From an uncultured Rhodospirillales bacterium (lineage in GTDB: Bacteria; Pseudomonadota; Alphaproteobacteria; RF32; CAG-239): a DNA stretch of 64,000 nucleotides. The notes under the pieces were generated by a model, which had not been told where the DNA came from, did not search any database, and saw only the letters and a program-made list of their open reading frames with translations. Below are positions 19,733-28,978 of the stretch, piece by piece. Numbering within the stretch: position 1 is the first letter of the stretch; each line of letters begins with the position of its first letter. Position numbers and translations under genes: made by a program. The stretch spans positions 74,722 through 138,721 of the forward strand of contig CACWQT010000001.1 of NCBI GenBank assembly GCA_902763185.1. Reading direction: 5' to 3'.

Positions 19733-20521
19733 ATGACACGTTTTATAGAAACTTTTTTAAGAGCACTAGGTAAGCCTCTGGTTAAATTTCTTTTTTCTTT
19801 AGGAGATTTAACCTCCTTTTTAGTCAAAGCAATTTATCATTGTTTTGTTCCTCCGTTTTATTTCAAGCTGTTTATCAAGCAAGTAATTGATATCGGTTTT
19901 TATTCTTTACCGGTTGTGGGGTTAACAACATTATTTGCCGGTATGGTTATTGCTCTTCAAACATATTCCGGTTTTTCCGGTTTTAAGGCAGAAAATGTAA
20001 TTGCCTCCGTGGTTTTAATTTCAGTTACGCGTGAATTAGCACCGGTGCTTTCTGCTTTGATGGTTGCAGGGCGAATCGGTGCTGCTATGGCGGCTGAAAT
20101 AGGAACGATGCGCGTAACCGAGCAAATTGATGCCCTTGTTACGCTTTCTACGAATCCTTTTAAATATCTTGTTTCGCCTCGTTTATGGGCGGGACTTCTT
20201 GTTTTACCGCTATTAGTGCTTATCGGCGATATTATCGGTATTTTCGGTGGCTATATTGTCGGAGTTTATAAATTAGGTTTTAATCCGGCAAATTATGTTA
20301 CTGCAACTTTTGATGATTTACAGGTTATTGGTATTGTTTCTGGTTTGGTTAAGGCTGCTGTGTTCGGATTTATTATCTCTATGATGGGATGTTACCATGG
20401 GTATAAATCAAAAGGTGGCGCACAAGGTGTTGGTAATGCTACAACAAACGCGGTTGTTTCGTCATCAATCCTGATTTTGATTTTTAATTACCTTATTACA
20501 GAATTGTTCTTTTCCAGATAA
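19733..20521 (+). CDS. mlaE: phospholipid ABC transporter permease MlaE
   Basis: MlaE/Ttg2B family membrane protein, about 260 aa. Confidence 0.85.
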   Translation: MTRFIETFLRALGKPLVKFLFSLGDLTSFLVKAIYHCFVPPFYFKLFIKQVIDIGFYSLPVVGLTTLFAGMVIALQTYSGFSGFKAENVIASVVLISVTRELAPVLSALMVAGRIGAAMAAEIGTMRVTEQIDALVTLSTNPFKYLVSPRLWAGLLVLPLLVLIGDIIGIFGGYIVGVYKLGFNPANYVTATFDDLQVIGIVSGLVKAAVFGFIISMMGCYHGYKSKGGAQGVGNATTNAVVSSSILILIFNYLITELFFSR

Positions 20522-20532
20522 GTGGAGGAAGT

Positions 20533-21300
20533 ATGACAAAAGAAATTAAAATAAGTATCAGAAATCTATCCAAAGCTTTTGGAAAAAAACAAGTTTTAAA
20601 TGGTGTTGATTTGGACTTGTATAAGGGCGAATCATTGGTCGTAATCGGTGGTTCAGGCACAGGAAAATCGGTTTTAATCAAATGCATTCAAGGGTTACTT
20701 ACTCCTGATTCCGGTTCTATTAAGATTGATGATATTGAAATTATCAACGACCATCCTGAAATTATTGAAAAAATGCATAGTAAAATGGGGATGCTGTTCC
20801 AAGGCGGTGCCTTATTTGACAGTCTTATGGTATGGGAAAATGTGGCTTTTGATTTGTTGCAAAACAGAGGTTTCAGTCGAAAAGAAGCACGGATTGTGGC
20901 AATAAAAGTGCTTCGTCAAGTCGGACTTGGAGAAGATATTGCTGATTTATATCCATCTGAGCTTTCCGGCGGTATGCAAAAACGCGTTGGCTTAGCGCGA
21001 GCTGTTATTACCAAACCTGAAATCATCTTTTTTGATGAACCTACAACCGGTCTTGACCCAATTATGGCTGACGTTATCAATGATTTGATTATAGAATCGG
21101 CAAAAGATTTAGGTGCTACAACCCTAACAATCACACATGACATGGCATCCGCGCGCAAAATTGCCGATAAAATCGCAATGCTTTATCAGGGCAAAATTAT
21201 CTGGTATGGCACAGTTAAAGAATTAGACAAGACAGACAATCCTTACGTTCGGCAATTTATTGAGGGATCCGCCAGAGGTCCAATAAAAGTGGAGAAATAA
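20533..21300 (+). CDS. mlaF: phospholipid ABC transporter ATP-binding protein MlaF
   Basis: Walker A GGSGTGKS, signature LSGGMQKRVGLARA. Confidence 0.85.
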   Translation: MTKEIKISIRNLSKAFGKKQVLNGVDLDLYKGESLVVIGGSGTGKSVLIKCIQGLLTPDSGSIKIDDIEIINDHPEIIEKMHSKMGMLFQGGALFDSLMVWENVAFDLLQNRGFSRKEARIVAIKVLRQVGLGEDIADLYPSELSGGMQKRVGLARAVITKPEIIFFDEPTTGLDPIMADVINDLIIESAKDLGATTLTITHDMASARKIADKIAMLYQGKIIWYGTVKELDKTDNPYVRQFIEGSARGPIKVEK

Positions 21301-21302
21301 CA

Positions 21303-22679
21303 ATGGCTAAGAAATCAACAATAGATTATGTTTGCCAAACTTGCGGGGCTGTTTATCCTAAATGGCAGGGAAAATGCGATGGTTGTGGTGAATGGAATAC
21401 TATTGTTGAAGAAAAAAAGCCAACTGATGAGTTTTCTAATATAAATTCAAAACGCAAAGGTAATGTTATTGATTTTGTTTCGCTTAATGGTGAAAGTCAG
21501 ACTTATCAACGTCTTATAACCAATCTTTCTGAAATCAATCGGGTTTCCGGTGGGGGACTTGTTCCCGGTTCGGTTATTTTGGTGGGGGGTGACCCCGGCA
21601 TAGGTAAATCTACGTTGTTATTACAGATATGCGCCGGTATGGCTAATCAATTACCTAACGACAGTTGTTTTTATATTTCCGGAGAAGAAGCTATTGATCA
21701 AGTTCGAATCCGTGCCCAACGTTTAGGATTAGCTAATTCACCGGTCAGACTTGCCAGCACCACCAGTGTTAAAGATATTATCACCACTCTTGAAAAAGAA
21801 AATCCGGCTTTGGTTATTATTGATTCTATTCAAACAATGTATTTAGAGGATGTAGAATCTACACCCGGAAGTGTTGCTCAGGTCAGAGCTGCTGCTTATG
21901 AACTTATAAAAATCGCTAAAAGAAAGGGTTTTATACTGTTTCTTGTCGGCCATGTAACCAAACAAGGTGCAATTGCCGGACCGCGCGTTTTAGAGCATAT
22001 GGTTGATACTGTGCTTTATTTTGAGGGAGACAGGGGACATCATTTCCGTATTTTGCGTGCAGTAAAAAATCGCTACGGTGCAACAGATGAAATCGGTGTA
22101 TTTGAAATGCAAGATACCGGTTTGGTTGAAGTGGAAAATCCGTCCGCTTTATTTTTGGCAGAACGGCAAGGCTGTGTTTCCGGTTCTTGCGTATTTGCCG
22201 GTATTGAAGGTTCGCGTCCTTTATTGGTTGAGATACAAGCACTTGTCGGCAATAGTAGTTATGGTGGTGCAAAACGTGCTGTTGTCGGATGGGACTCTAA
22301 TCGTTTGGCTATGATTTTGGCTGTATTAGAGGCACGTTGCGGTATGAATTTCAGCACGCACGATGTTTATTTAAATATTGCCGGCGGATTAAAGATTTCT
22401 GAACCAGCAGCAGATTTAGCCGTTGCTATGGCGGTCATATCATCTATGACCAACAAGCCTCTACCGGCAGATATGGTTGTTTTCGGAGAAATTGGTTTAT
22501 CCGGAGAAATCCGTGCAGTCAGCCAGCCTAATCTGCGCCTGAAAGAAGCACAAAAATTAGGATTTAATAATGCAATTATTCCTATATCTTTTAGTAAAGA
22601 TAAAAAAACAAAACTCATTTCAGATATGACTTACCATGAAATTGGTAATGTTCAGCGTTTAATTTCAAGATTTAGTTAG
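21303..22679 (+). CDS. radA: DNA repair protein RadA
   Basis: N-terminal Zn finger CQTCG ... CDGCGEW, RecA-like GDPGIGKST, Lon-like C-terminal domain. Confidence 0.9.
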   Translation: MAKKSTIDYVCQTCGAVYPKWQGKCDGCGEWNTIVEEKKPTDEFSNINSKRKGNVIDFVSLNGESQTYQRLITNLSEINRVSGGGLVPGSVILVGGDPGIGKSTLLLQICAGMANQLPNDSCFYISGEEAIDQVRIRAQRLGLANSPVRLASTTSVKDIITTLEKENPALVIIDSIQTMYLEDVESTPGSVAQVRAAAYELIKIAKRKGFILFLVGHVTKQGAIAGPRVLEHMVDTVLYFEGDRGHHFRILRAVKNRYGATDEIGVFEMQDTGLVEVENPSALFLAERQGCVSGSCVFAGIEGSRPLLVEIQALVGNSSYGGAKRAVVGWDSNRLAMILAVLEARCGMNFSTHDVYLNIAGGLKISEPAADLAVAMAVISSMTNKPLPADMVVFGEIGLSGEIRAVSQPNLRLKEAQKLGFNNAIIPISFSKDKKTKLISDMTYHEIGNVQRLISRFS

Positions 22680-22691
22680 GGGAAAAATAGA

Positions 22692-23471
22692 ATGGAGCAA
22701 TTAAGTAATTTGGATGTTATTATCTTGATTTGTTTTGCCATTTCATTGTTTGTTGGCTTTATACAGGGGTTTACCAAAGAATTGCTTTCGACCATAGGGT
22801 TAGTTCTATTTTTTGTGGTAAATATTTATTTTTTGCCTCTTATGCGTCCATGGATGAATAACTATGTGGCAAATAAATATTTAGCCGATTTAGCTATATT
22901 TTTGATCATAACTGCGGTATTTTATACATTATGGATATTGTTTACCGATAAATTTATCACTAAAGTTCGTGCCAGTTCGCTTAGTTTTACGGATAGAGTT
23001 TTCGGGGTCGGATTTGGCTTATTACGTGCATTACTTATTCTGGGTTTTTGTTTTTTAATTGTTAAGGTTGTTTTGCCTGAAGAAATAGAAAAAGGGCCGG
23101 TTAAAGAATCTAAATTTTTTATTGCTGCTCAAACAAGCTCCGGTCTTATAGAAGAAGTTTTGCCAGAAAAAATGCTTAAAGAAAAGCTACATGAGCTGAC
23201 AAAAGAAAAAGAAACCGCGAAGAAGGAGACGAAAGAAGAAAAAACTAAAGAAAGTAAAGAGGCAAAACCAACTGATAAAAGCGAAACAAACGATATTTTG
23301 CCAAATAAACTGGATCAAGAACAAATGGATAAAGTTTTTGAAATGTTAGTTAAACCGGAGATAAAAAAACAAGAAGAAAAGCCCAAGACTGAAAAAAAAG
23401 ATGAAAAAGGGTATGATAACAAAGAAACAAACAGCCTTAACCGCTTAATTGATGCAACAACAAAAAATTAA
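22692..23471 (+). CDS. cvpA: colicin V production protein CvpA with charged C-terminal extension
   Basis: 4-TM CvpA core (about 160 aa) plus about 95 aa K/E-rich tail. Confidence 0.75.
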   Translation: MEQLSNLDVIILICFAISLFVGFIQGFTKELLSTIGLVLFFVVNIYFLPLMRPWMNNYVANKYLADLAIFLIITAVFYTLWILFTDKFITKVRASSLSFTDRVFGVGFGLLRALLILGFCFLIVKVVLPEEIEKGPVKESKFFIAAQTSSGLIEEVLPEKMLKEKLHELTKEKETAKKETKEEKTKESKEAKPTDKSETNDILPNKLDQEQMDKVFEMLVKPEIKKQEEKPKTEKKDEKGYDNKETNSLNRLIDATTKN

Positions 23472-23480
23472 GAGGCTTAT

Positions 23481-24347
23481 ATGAAGCGAAGTTATTTTTT
23501 GTATCTGCTTTCTTTGATTTTCGGGTTTGCGGTTGTTATTGGTGTATTTCTCAATCGCTATATTACGCAAAAGACGGGATTATCTTTATTTGCTAAAAGA
23601 CCTTTTATTTCTGTTTTAGTTACGAGTTATAATTACGAAAAATATATCAGACAAACATTGGATTCTATTTTAGCGCAAAGATACAAAAACTATGAAGTTA
23701 TTATTGTTGATGACGGGTCAACGGATAACTCCGTCAATGTTATCAATGAGTATGTAAATAAATATAAAAATTTCCACCTATATCTGCATGAAGGCGGTAT
23801 AAACAAGGGACTTCCGGCAAGCTTTAAGCTCGGTGTAGAAAAAGCAAAAGGGGAATATATTTCTGTTTTAGAAAGCGATGATTATTGGACGCCAAATAAC
23901 CTCTTAATAAAAGTTAAAATGATAAACAAACATCCGGATGCAGTGATTATCAGTAATAATGTTATTCCGTTTGGTGATGATTTTACTGAAGTGTCTTTTG
24001 CCAAGCCTTATGTTACATATATAAATCATACTCTTAATGAAAAAAATGACATTTTGTTTTCAGAAGCTTTATTTAATCACATTCCGACATTTTCTGCGGT
24101 AATGATAAAAAGTAGTATATTAAAAAAACTTGATTTTAATACACCAATTCCGGCATTCTTAGATTTATATTTATATCAGCAAATTTTTGCCAAATATCCA
24201 TTATATTATATTTCTCAATCTCTTACCTATTGGCGAAGACATGCCATAAGTTATAACGCAACCTTAAACCAAGCGAACAACTATGCAAAAACAAAAGATT
24301 TTATAATAAAAATTAAGGAAGTTTTGGCAAAGCAAAAAGATATTTGA
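23481..24347 (+). CDS. family 2 glycosyltransferase
   Basis: N-terminal TM then GT2 fold: SVLVTSYNYEKYIRQTLDSIL, DDGSTD, ESDDYW. Confidence 0.8.
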   Translation: MKRSYFLYLLSLIFGFAVVIGVFLNRYITQKTGLSLFAKRPFISVLVTSYNYEKYIRQTLDSILAQRYKNYEVIIVDDGSTDNSVNVINEYVNKYKNFHLYLHEGGINKGLPASFKLGVEKAKGEYISVLESDDYWTPNNLLIKVKMINKHPDAVIISNNVIPFGDDFTEVSFAKPYVTYINHTLNEKNDILFSEALFNHIPTFSAVMIKSSILKKLDFNTPIPAFLDLYLYQQIFAKYPLYYISQSLTYWRRHAISYNATLNQANNYAKTKDFIIKIKEVLAKQKDI

Positions 24348-24398
24348 CAATGTCTTTGGTTTTTGTATTATACATTAACGTATTTAACCTAAATTAGG

Positions 24399-24869
24399 AT
24401 GATTAAAATGAAATTTTTAGAAAAAAAGCGCTACCCGAATGGTAAAAGAGAGATTTATATTGCCGGACATCGTGTTCTTACCTACTGGTGTGATAAATTA
24501 AAAAGAGTTAAGCGTAATTGTGACATTCCTTTGGACTATGCCAAAATGCTTATACGAAAGAAGAATGTTCAGTTTATTCATCCTGTTGGGATTGTAATGT
24601 CCGATTTGGATAAAATCGGTTATAATTGCAAAATCTATCAAAATGTCTCTATTGGTAATAAAGATGGAGGATTTCCCACATTAGAAGACAATGTAACCGT
24701 GCATGCAAATTCTATTGTAGTGGGTAATATCCGTATAGGTAAAAACTCTATAATTGGTTGTGGTTCTGTTGTATTACATGATATTCCCGCAAATGAAATT
24801 TGGGCGGGTAATCCTGCGCATTTTATAAAAAAAATACCGGAGAAAGCTATTGAGGAAAATCAATCCTAA
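24399..24869 (+). CDS. hexapeptide-repeat (LbH) acetyltransferase
   Basis: Left-handed beta-helix repeats (VTVHANSIVVGNIRIGKNSIIGCGSVV). Confidence 0.7.
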   Translation: MIKMKFLEKKRYPNGKREIYIAGHRVLTYWCDKLKRVKRNCDIPLDYAKMLIRKKNVQFIHPVGIVMSDLDKIGYNCKIYQNVSIGNKDGGFPTLEDNVTVHANSIVVGNIRIGKNSIIGCGSVVLHDIPANEIWAGNPAHFIKKIPEKAIEENQS

Positions 24870-25785
24870 ATTATCTAAATTTATTGCTAAACTTTGCACT
24901 TTTTATATTGTCGATAAAGAGAAAAGGCGTCGTAAGCGGCAAAACATTATTATGCACTTTGGCAATGCTTCCGGAGCAATTGTTCGCTTTGCTAAAGGTG
25001 TAATGAAAAAGCATCAAGGATTATTAGAAAATGCTGATAAAATTGATACATTATTTATCGGTGACAGTCATGCAGAGCTTGGTGCTCTTCCCTTTATGAT
25101 TGGCGAAAATGCTTATAATTATGCCTTTACAGCTAATGGTTTATATGAAATATATAAAACTCTGCAAATTGCTACCGAAAAGTGTCCTAAACTCAAAAAG
25201 GTAATTTGTTTTGTTTCTTTTTATCAATGTGGTTATTCTGAAATCAGGGGTGGTGGTGCAAAATGGTGTCAAATATTAGATTATATTTTTGGTATTAAAT
25301 ATGATTATAGCCTAAATAAAGAGCATAATTATGAATTAACAGCTCGTGCTTTGGATTATGCGTTTACTAATGATAAAAAAGAAGAAATAGAGCGCCTTTA
25401 TTGCCAAGGGTATGATTTTATCGGTATTGATACCTCCCCCATACAAGAAAAAGATAAAGAGCGCGCGGCTCATCATTTCAAGATTTATGCTAACTACAAA
25501 AGTGAAATAGTGTGGTTACAAAAAATTTGTGATTGGGTAAAAGAACACAATCAAGAGCTTTATCTTATTAACTCACCGGAGCGCAGTGATTATAAGCAGA
25601 TTATCGCTGAACTAAGCAACGGTAATGATGTTCTGGCATGGATAAAAGATATTGCACAAAAAAACAATGTGCCCTTCTATAATTTTAATGATGATTTTAG
25701 CGACTGTGACTTAGCTGATAGCGACCATCTGAATTTTAATGGTGCAGTTAAAATGACAAGAAAAATCGCTGAGATTATAAAATAA
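24850..25785 (+). CDS. SGNH/GDSL-like hydrolase family protein
   Basis: FIGDSHAE (GDS-H block I) and DSDHLN (DxxH block V) motifs; real start may be the downstream MHFGNAS. Confidence 0.55.
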   Translation: MRKINPKLSKFIAKLCTFYIVDKEKRRRKRQNIIMHFGNASGAIVRFAKGVMKKHQGLLENADKIDTLFIGDSHAELGALPFMIGENAYNYAFTANGLYEIYKTLQIATEKCPKLKKVICFVSFYQCGYSEIRGGGAKWCQILDYIFGIKYDYSLNKEHNYELTARALDYAFTNDKKEEIERLYCQGYDFIGIDTSPIQEKDKERAAHHFKIYANYKSEIVWLQKICDWVKEHNQELYLINSPERSDYKQIIAELSNGNDVLAWIKDIAQKNNVPFYNFNDDFSDCDLADSDHLNFNGAVKMTRKIAEIIK

Positions 25786-25786
25786 C

Positions 25787-27040
25787 CTATTTTAAAATCA
25801 AAAGTCCGTGTTTCTTTTTTCCTTGCGATAGCTTGATGTTGCCGTCTGCAATATCTTTAGAGCTAATAATGTAGTTCTCATCAATAATAACTTTATCATT
25901 AAGCTTTAAGCCGGCTTGTTTAATCAAGCGGCGTGCCTCGCCTTTGCTTGAAACGAATCCAAGCTCCATAAAAGCATCTAAAACACCAATTTCACTTTTA
26001 TCAACGGTTACAGATGGTAGTTCTCCGCCGACAATACCTTGTTCAAACATTTCTGTTGCAGTTTTAAGAGCGGCTGTTGCCTCTTGTTCTCCACGGCAAA
26101 TCTTGGTTGCTTCAAAAGCCAAAATCTTCTTAGCTTCATTGATTTCTTTATCTTGAAGCGCTTCTAACCTTTTAACTTCATCCATCGGCAAATCCGTAAA
26201 TATACGCAAACATTTGCCAACTTCAGCATCACCGATATTACGGAAGTATTGAAAGTAATCGTATGATGAAAGTTTTTCATCATTAATCCAAACGGCATTA
26301 CCTTCGGATTTGCCCATTTTTTTGCCGGCAGAATCGGTAATAATCGGGCTGGTAAAACCAAATAATTCCGTATCATAACGACGGCGTCCAAGTTCTGTCC
26401 CTGAGGTGATGTTACCCCATTGGTCAGCACCGGCAATCTGCGCGCGACATCCATATTTTTGCAATAACACGCAAAAATCATAACCTTGCAATAGCATGTA
26501 ATTAAATTCTAAGAAAGACATCGGTTGTTCGCGTTCCAAACGGCTCTTAACGCTATCCATGGTCAGCATACGATTAACCGAATAGCAAGTACCGATATCT
26601 CGCAAAAATTCCAAGTAATTGATGTCCTTAAACCAATCATAGTTATCTACCATTTCGGCATCAGTTTTACCGTCACCAAATTTTAGGAATTTCATAAATG
26701 ATTTTTTTAAGCCTTTAACATTGTTCTGCAAAGTTGCTTCGTCTAAAAACGGACGGAGCTTATCTTTACCGGAAGGGTCACCAATACGTGCGGTTGCCCC
26801 GCCGACAAGGGTTAAAGGTTTATGTCCACACTTTTGAAACCAGCGCAACATCATTAACGGCACAATATGCCCAACATGCAAACTATCACCGGTCGGATCA
26901 GAACCCAAATATCCTACTGCCGGAACACCTCTTTTTTCACAATCAAAAAGATATTCATCAAAGCCTTGCTCGTTGGTGCATTGGTTATAAAAACCGCGTT
27001 CCTGCATAATATTTAAAAATTCTGATTTAAAAGTTGTCAT
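25787..27040 (-). CDS. tyrS: tyrosine--tRNA ligase
   Basis: HVGH (LHVGHIVPLM) and KMSKS (KKMGKSEGN) motifs, C-terminal S4 domain. Confidence 0.9.
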   Translation of the reverse strand: MTTFKSEFLNIMQERGFYNQCTNEQGFDEYLFDCEKRGVPAVGYLGSDPTGDSLHVGHIVPLMMLRWFQKCGHKPLTLVGGATARIGDPSGKDKLRPFLDEATLQNNVKGLKKSFMKFLKFGDGKTDAEMVDNYDWFKDINYLEFLRDIGTCYSVNRMLTMDSVKSRLEREQPMSFLEFNYMLLQGYDFCVLLQKYGCRAQIAGADQWGNITSGTELGRRRYDTELFGFTSPIITDSAGKKMGKSEGNAVWINDEKLSSYDYFQYFRNIGDAEVGKCLRIFTDLPMDEVKRLEALQDKEINEAKKILAFEATKICRGEQEATAALKTATEMFEQGIVGGELPSVTVDKSEIGVLDAFMELGFVSSKGEARRLIKQAGLKLNDKVIIDENYIISSKDIADGNIKLSQGKKKHGLLILK

Positions 27041-27119
27041 TTTTACTTTCCCCTAACTAAATTTTAAGGCATTCTAGCATAATAATTTATTATTGCAACT
27101 AGGATAAGAGTGTTTTTTA

Positions 27120-28217
27120 ATGATAATTAAAGGGCTAAACTGTTTGGGTTTAATGGGAACTTCTACCTTTGGTGGTGTGGAGCTTTCGCTTGTTCGCACA
27201 GATGGCTTGGACATATTAGACAGGAAAATGTCACGCCTTGTCCCCTACCCTGACGAAATGAAAGAAAAAATTCGTGCTGTTTTGGGGTTAAAGCGCGATA
27301 TTGATGACAATGAACAAAAATTACACGCCGTCGATATGGCTGTATCTGAGTTTTATGTGCAACTTATAAAGGAATTTGCCCGTGATTGCGGTGAACCGAT
27401 TGATGTTGTAGGGGTTGAAGGCATTACCATTTTGCATAATCCCAATATTTGCTATACCTATCAGCTTGGTAACGGCAGATATATTGCCGAACAAACAGGA
27501 ATTAAAACAGTTACGCACTTTCGAAATGCCGATATTTGTTCGGGTGGACAAGGAACACCTATTTCTTCTGCTTATTTTAATGCCATATCTGCCAATGAGG
27601 TTAAGCCGATTGCTTATGTTAATATCAGCGGCAAGGCAAGTATTACATGGATAGGTTCTTTTGGTGAAATAATCGGTTTCGATTGCGGTGCCGGTGATAA
27701 TTTTATCAATAACTGGACGGCAAAGCACGCCAATATGGATAACGATTACAATGGACGTTTAGCAATTACCGGTAAAGTGCACGAAAAAATCGTAAACACT
27801 TTAATGCATCATAAATTCTTTGCTAAGTTCCCACCAAAATCAGCGTATACGGGAATATTTGCTGATAAAGCGGAGCATTTAGAGGGATTATCCTTAGAAG
27901 ATGGGGCTGCAACAGCCACTGCTTTTGTGGCTGAGGCAGTTTGCTATTCTATCTGTTTATATCTGCCGGAATTGCCTAAAAAAATTGTTATCTGCGGTAA
28001 AGGTTCCAAGAATCCGACTTTAGTCAGGTTTATCCGTCAACGTGTTCCCAGCATAGAAGTTGTTACCAGTCAAGAAGAAGGTATTCCTGCGGATACGGTT
28101 AATGCTGAAGTTAATGCCTTTTTAAGCGCCAGAACACTTTATTCTCTACCGATTACATTCCCGTCGACAACCGGCGTTTTAGAACCTATGTGCGGAGGTG
28201 AACTTTATGAAGTCTAG
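27120..28217 (+). CDS. anmK: anhydro-N-acetylmuramic acid kinase
   Basis: GLMGTSTFGGVE N-terminus typical of AnmK; divergent from tyrS as in many alphaproteobacteria. Confidence 0.8.
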   Translation: MIIKGLNCLGLMGTSTFGGVELSLVRTDGLDILDRKMSRLVPYPDEMKEKIRAVLGLKRDIDDNEQKLHAVDMAVSEFYVQLIKEFARDCGEPIDVVGVEGITILHNPNICYTYQLGNGRYIAEQTGIKTVTHFRNADICSGGQGTPISSAYFNAISANEVKPIAYVNISGKASITWIGSFGEIIGFDCGAGDNFINNWTAKHANMDNDYNGRLAITGKVHEKIVNTLMHHKFFAKFPPKSAYTGIFADKAEHLEGLSLEDGAATATAFVAEAVCYSICLYLPELPKKIVICGKGSKNPTLVRFIRQRVPSIEVVTSQEEGIPADTVNAEVNAFLSARTLYSLPITFPSTTGVLEPMCGGELYEV

Positions 28218-28977
28218 TAAATCTTTAACAAAATCAACGATTGAAGTCAAAAATATTGTTAAAACATACGATAACATAGAGGCTGTAAAAAATGTTTCGT
28301 TTAGCACTCACATCGGGGAAATTATTGCACTTCTTGGTCCTAACGGTGCCGGAAAATCAACTTTGATGAATATGATTGCTGGTTTTTTAAGCCCAACTTC
28401 TGGTGGCGTTTTTGTTAATGGAAATAATGTTGCCGAAAAAGATTTATTGTCGAAAAAAGACATTGGTTTTTTACCGGAAGGTGCGCCGATGTATGCTGAT
28501 ATGACAGTTAATCAATTTTTAAAGTACTTTATTGAGCTTAAACTTAATCTCGATGATGAAAATTCGAATAAAAAACAAATTTATGCAGACGAATTAGTGA
28601 GAATAAAAAAGGTCGCTAAGATAGAAAATGTTTCCAGTCAGCGTATTGAGACGTTATCTAAGGGATATTTAAGGCGCGTTGGATTTGCTGCCAGTCTTAT
28701 CGGGAATCCACCAATATTACTTTTGGATGAACCGACTGACGGTTTAGATCCTAACCAAAAAGAGCATATGCGCCAACTTATTTCTGAGATGAGTAAAGAT
28801 AAAACCATTCTTATATCCACACACTTATTGGATGAGGCAGAAACACTGGCAAATAGAATTATTTTGATAAACAAAGGTCGTGTTGTGGCAGATGGCGAAC
28901 TTGGAGATATTTTAAGCAAGGCTAAGAAAAAAACGCTCGCTGAGGCTTTTAAGTTTTTAACAAACAAAGGAGCATAA
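28198..28977 (+). CDS. ABC transporter ATP-binding protein (GldA-like)
   Basis: Walker A GPNGAGKST, ABC signature, Walker B LLLDEPTDGLD. Confidence 0.85.
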   Translation: MNFMKSSKSLTKSTIEVKNIVKTYDNIEAVKNVSFSTHIGEIIALLGPNGAGKSTLMNMIAGFLSPTSGGVFVNGNNVAEKDLLSKKDIGFLPEGAPMYADMTVNQFLKYFIELKLNLDDENSNKKQIYADELVRIKKVAKIENVSSQRIETLSKGYLRRVGFAASLIGNPPILLLDEPTDGLDPNQKEHMRQLISEMSKDKTILISTHLLDEAETLANRIILINKGRVVADGELGDILSKAKKKTLAEAFKFLTNKGA

Positions 28978-28978
28978 G

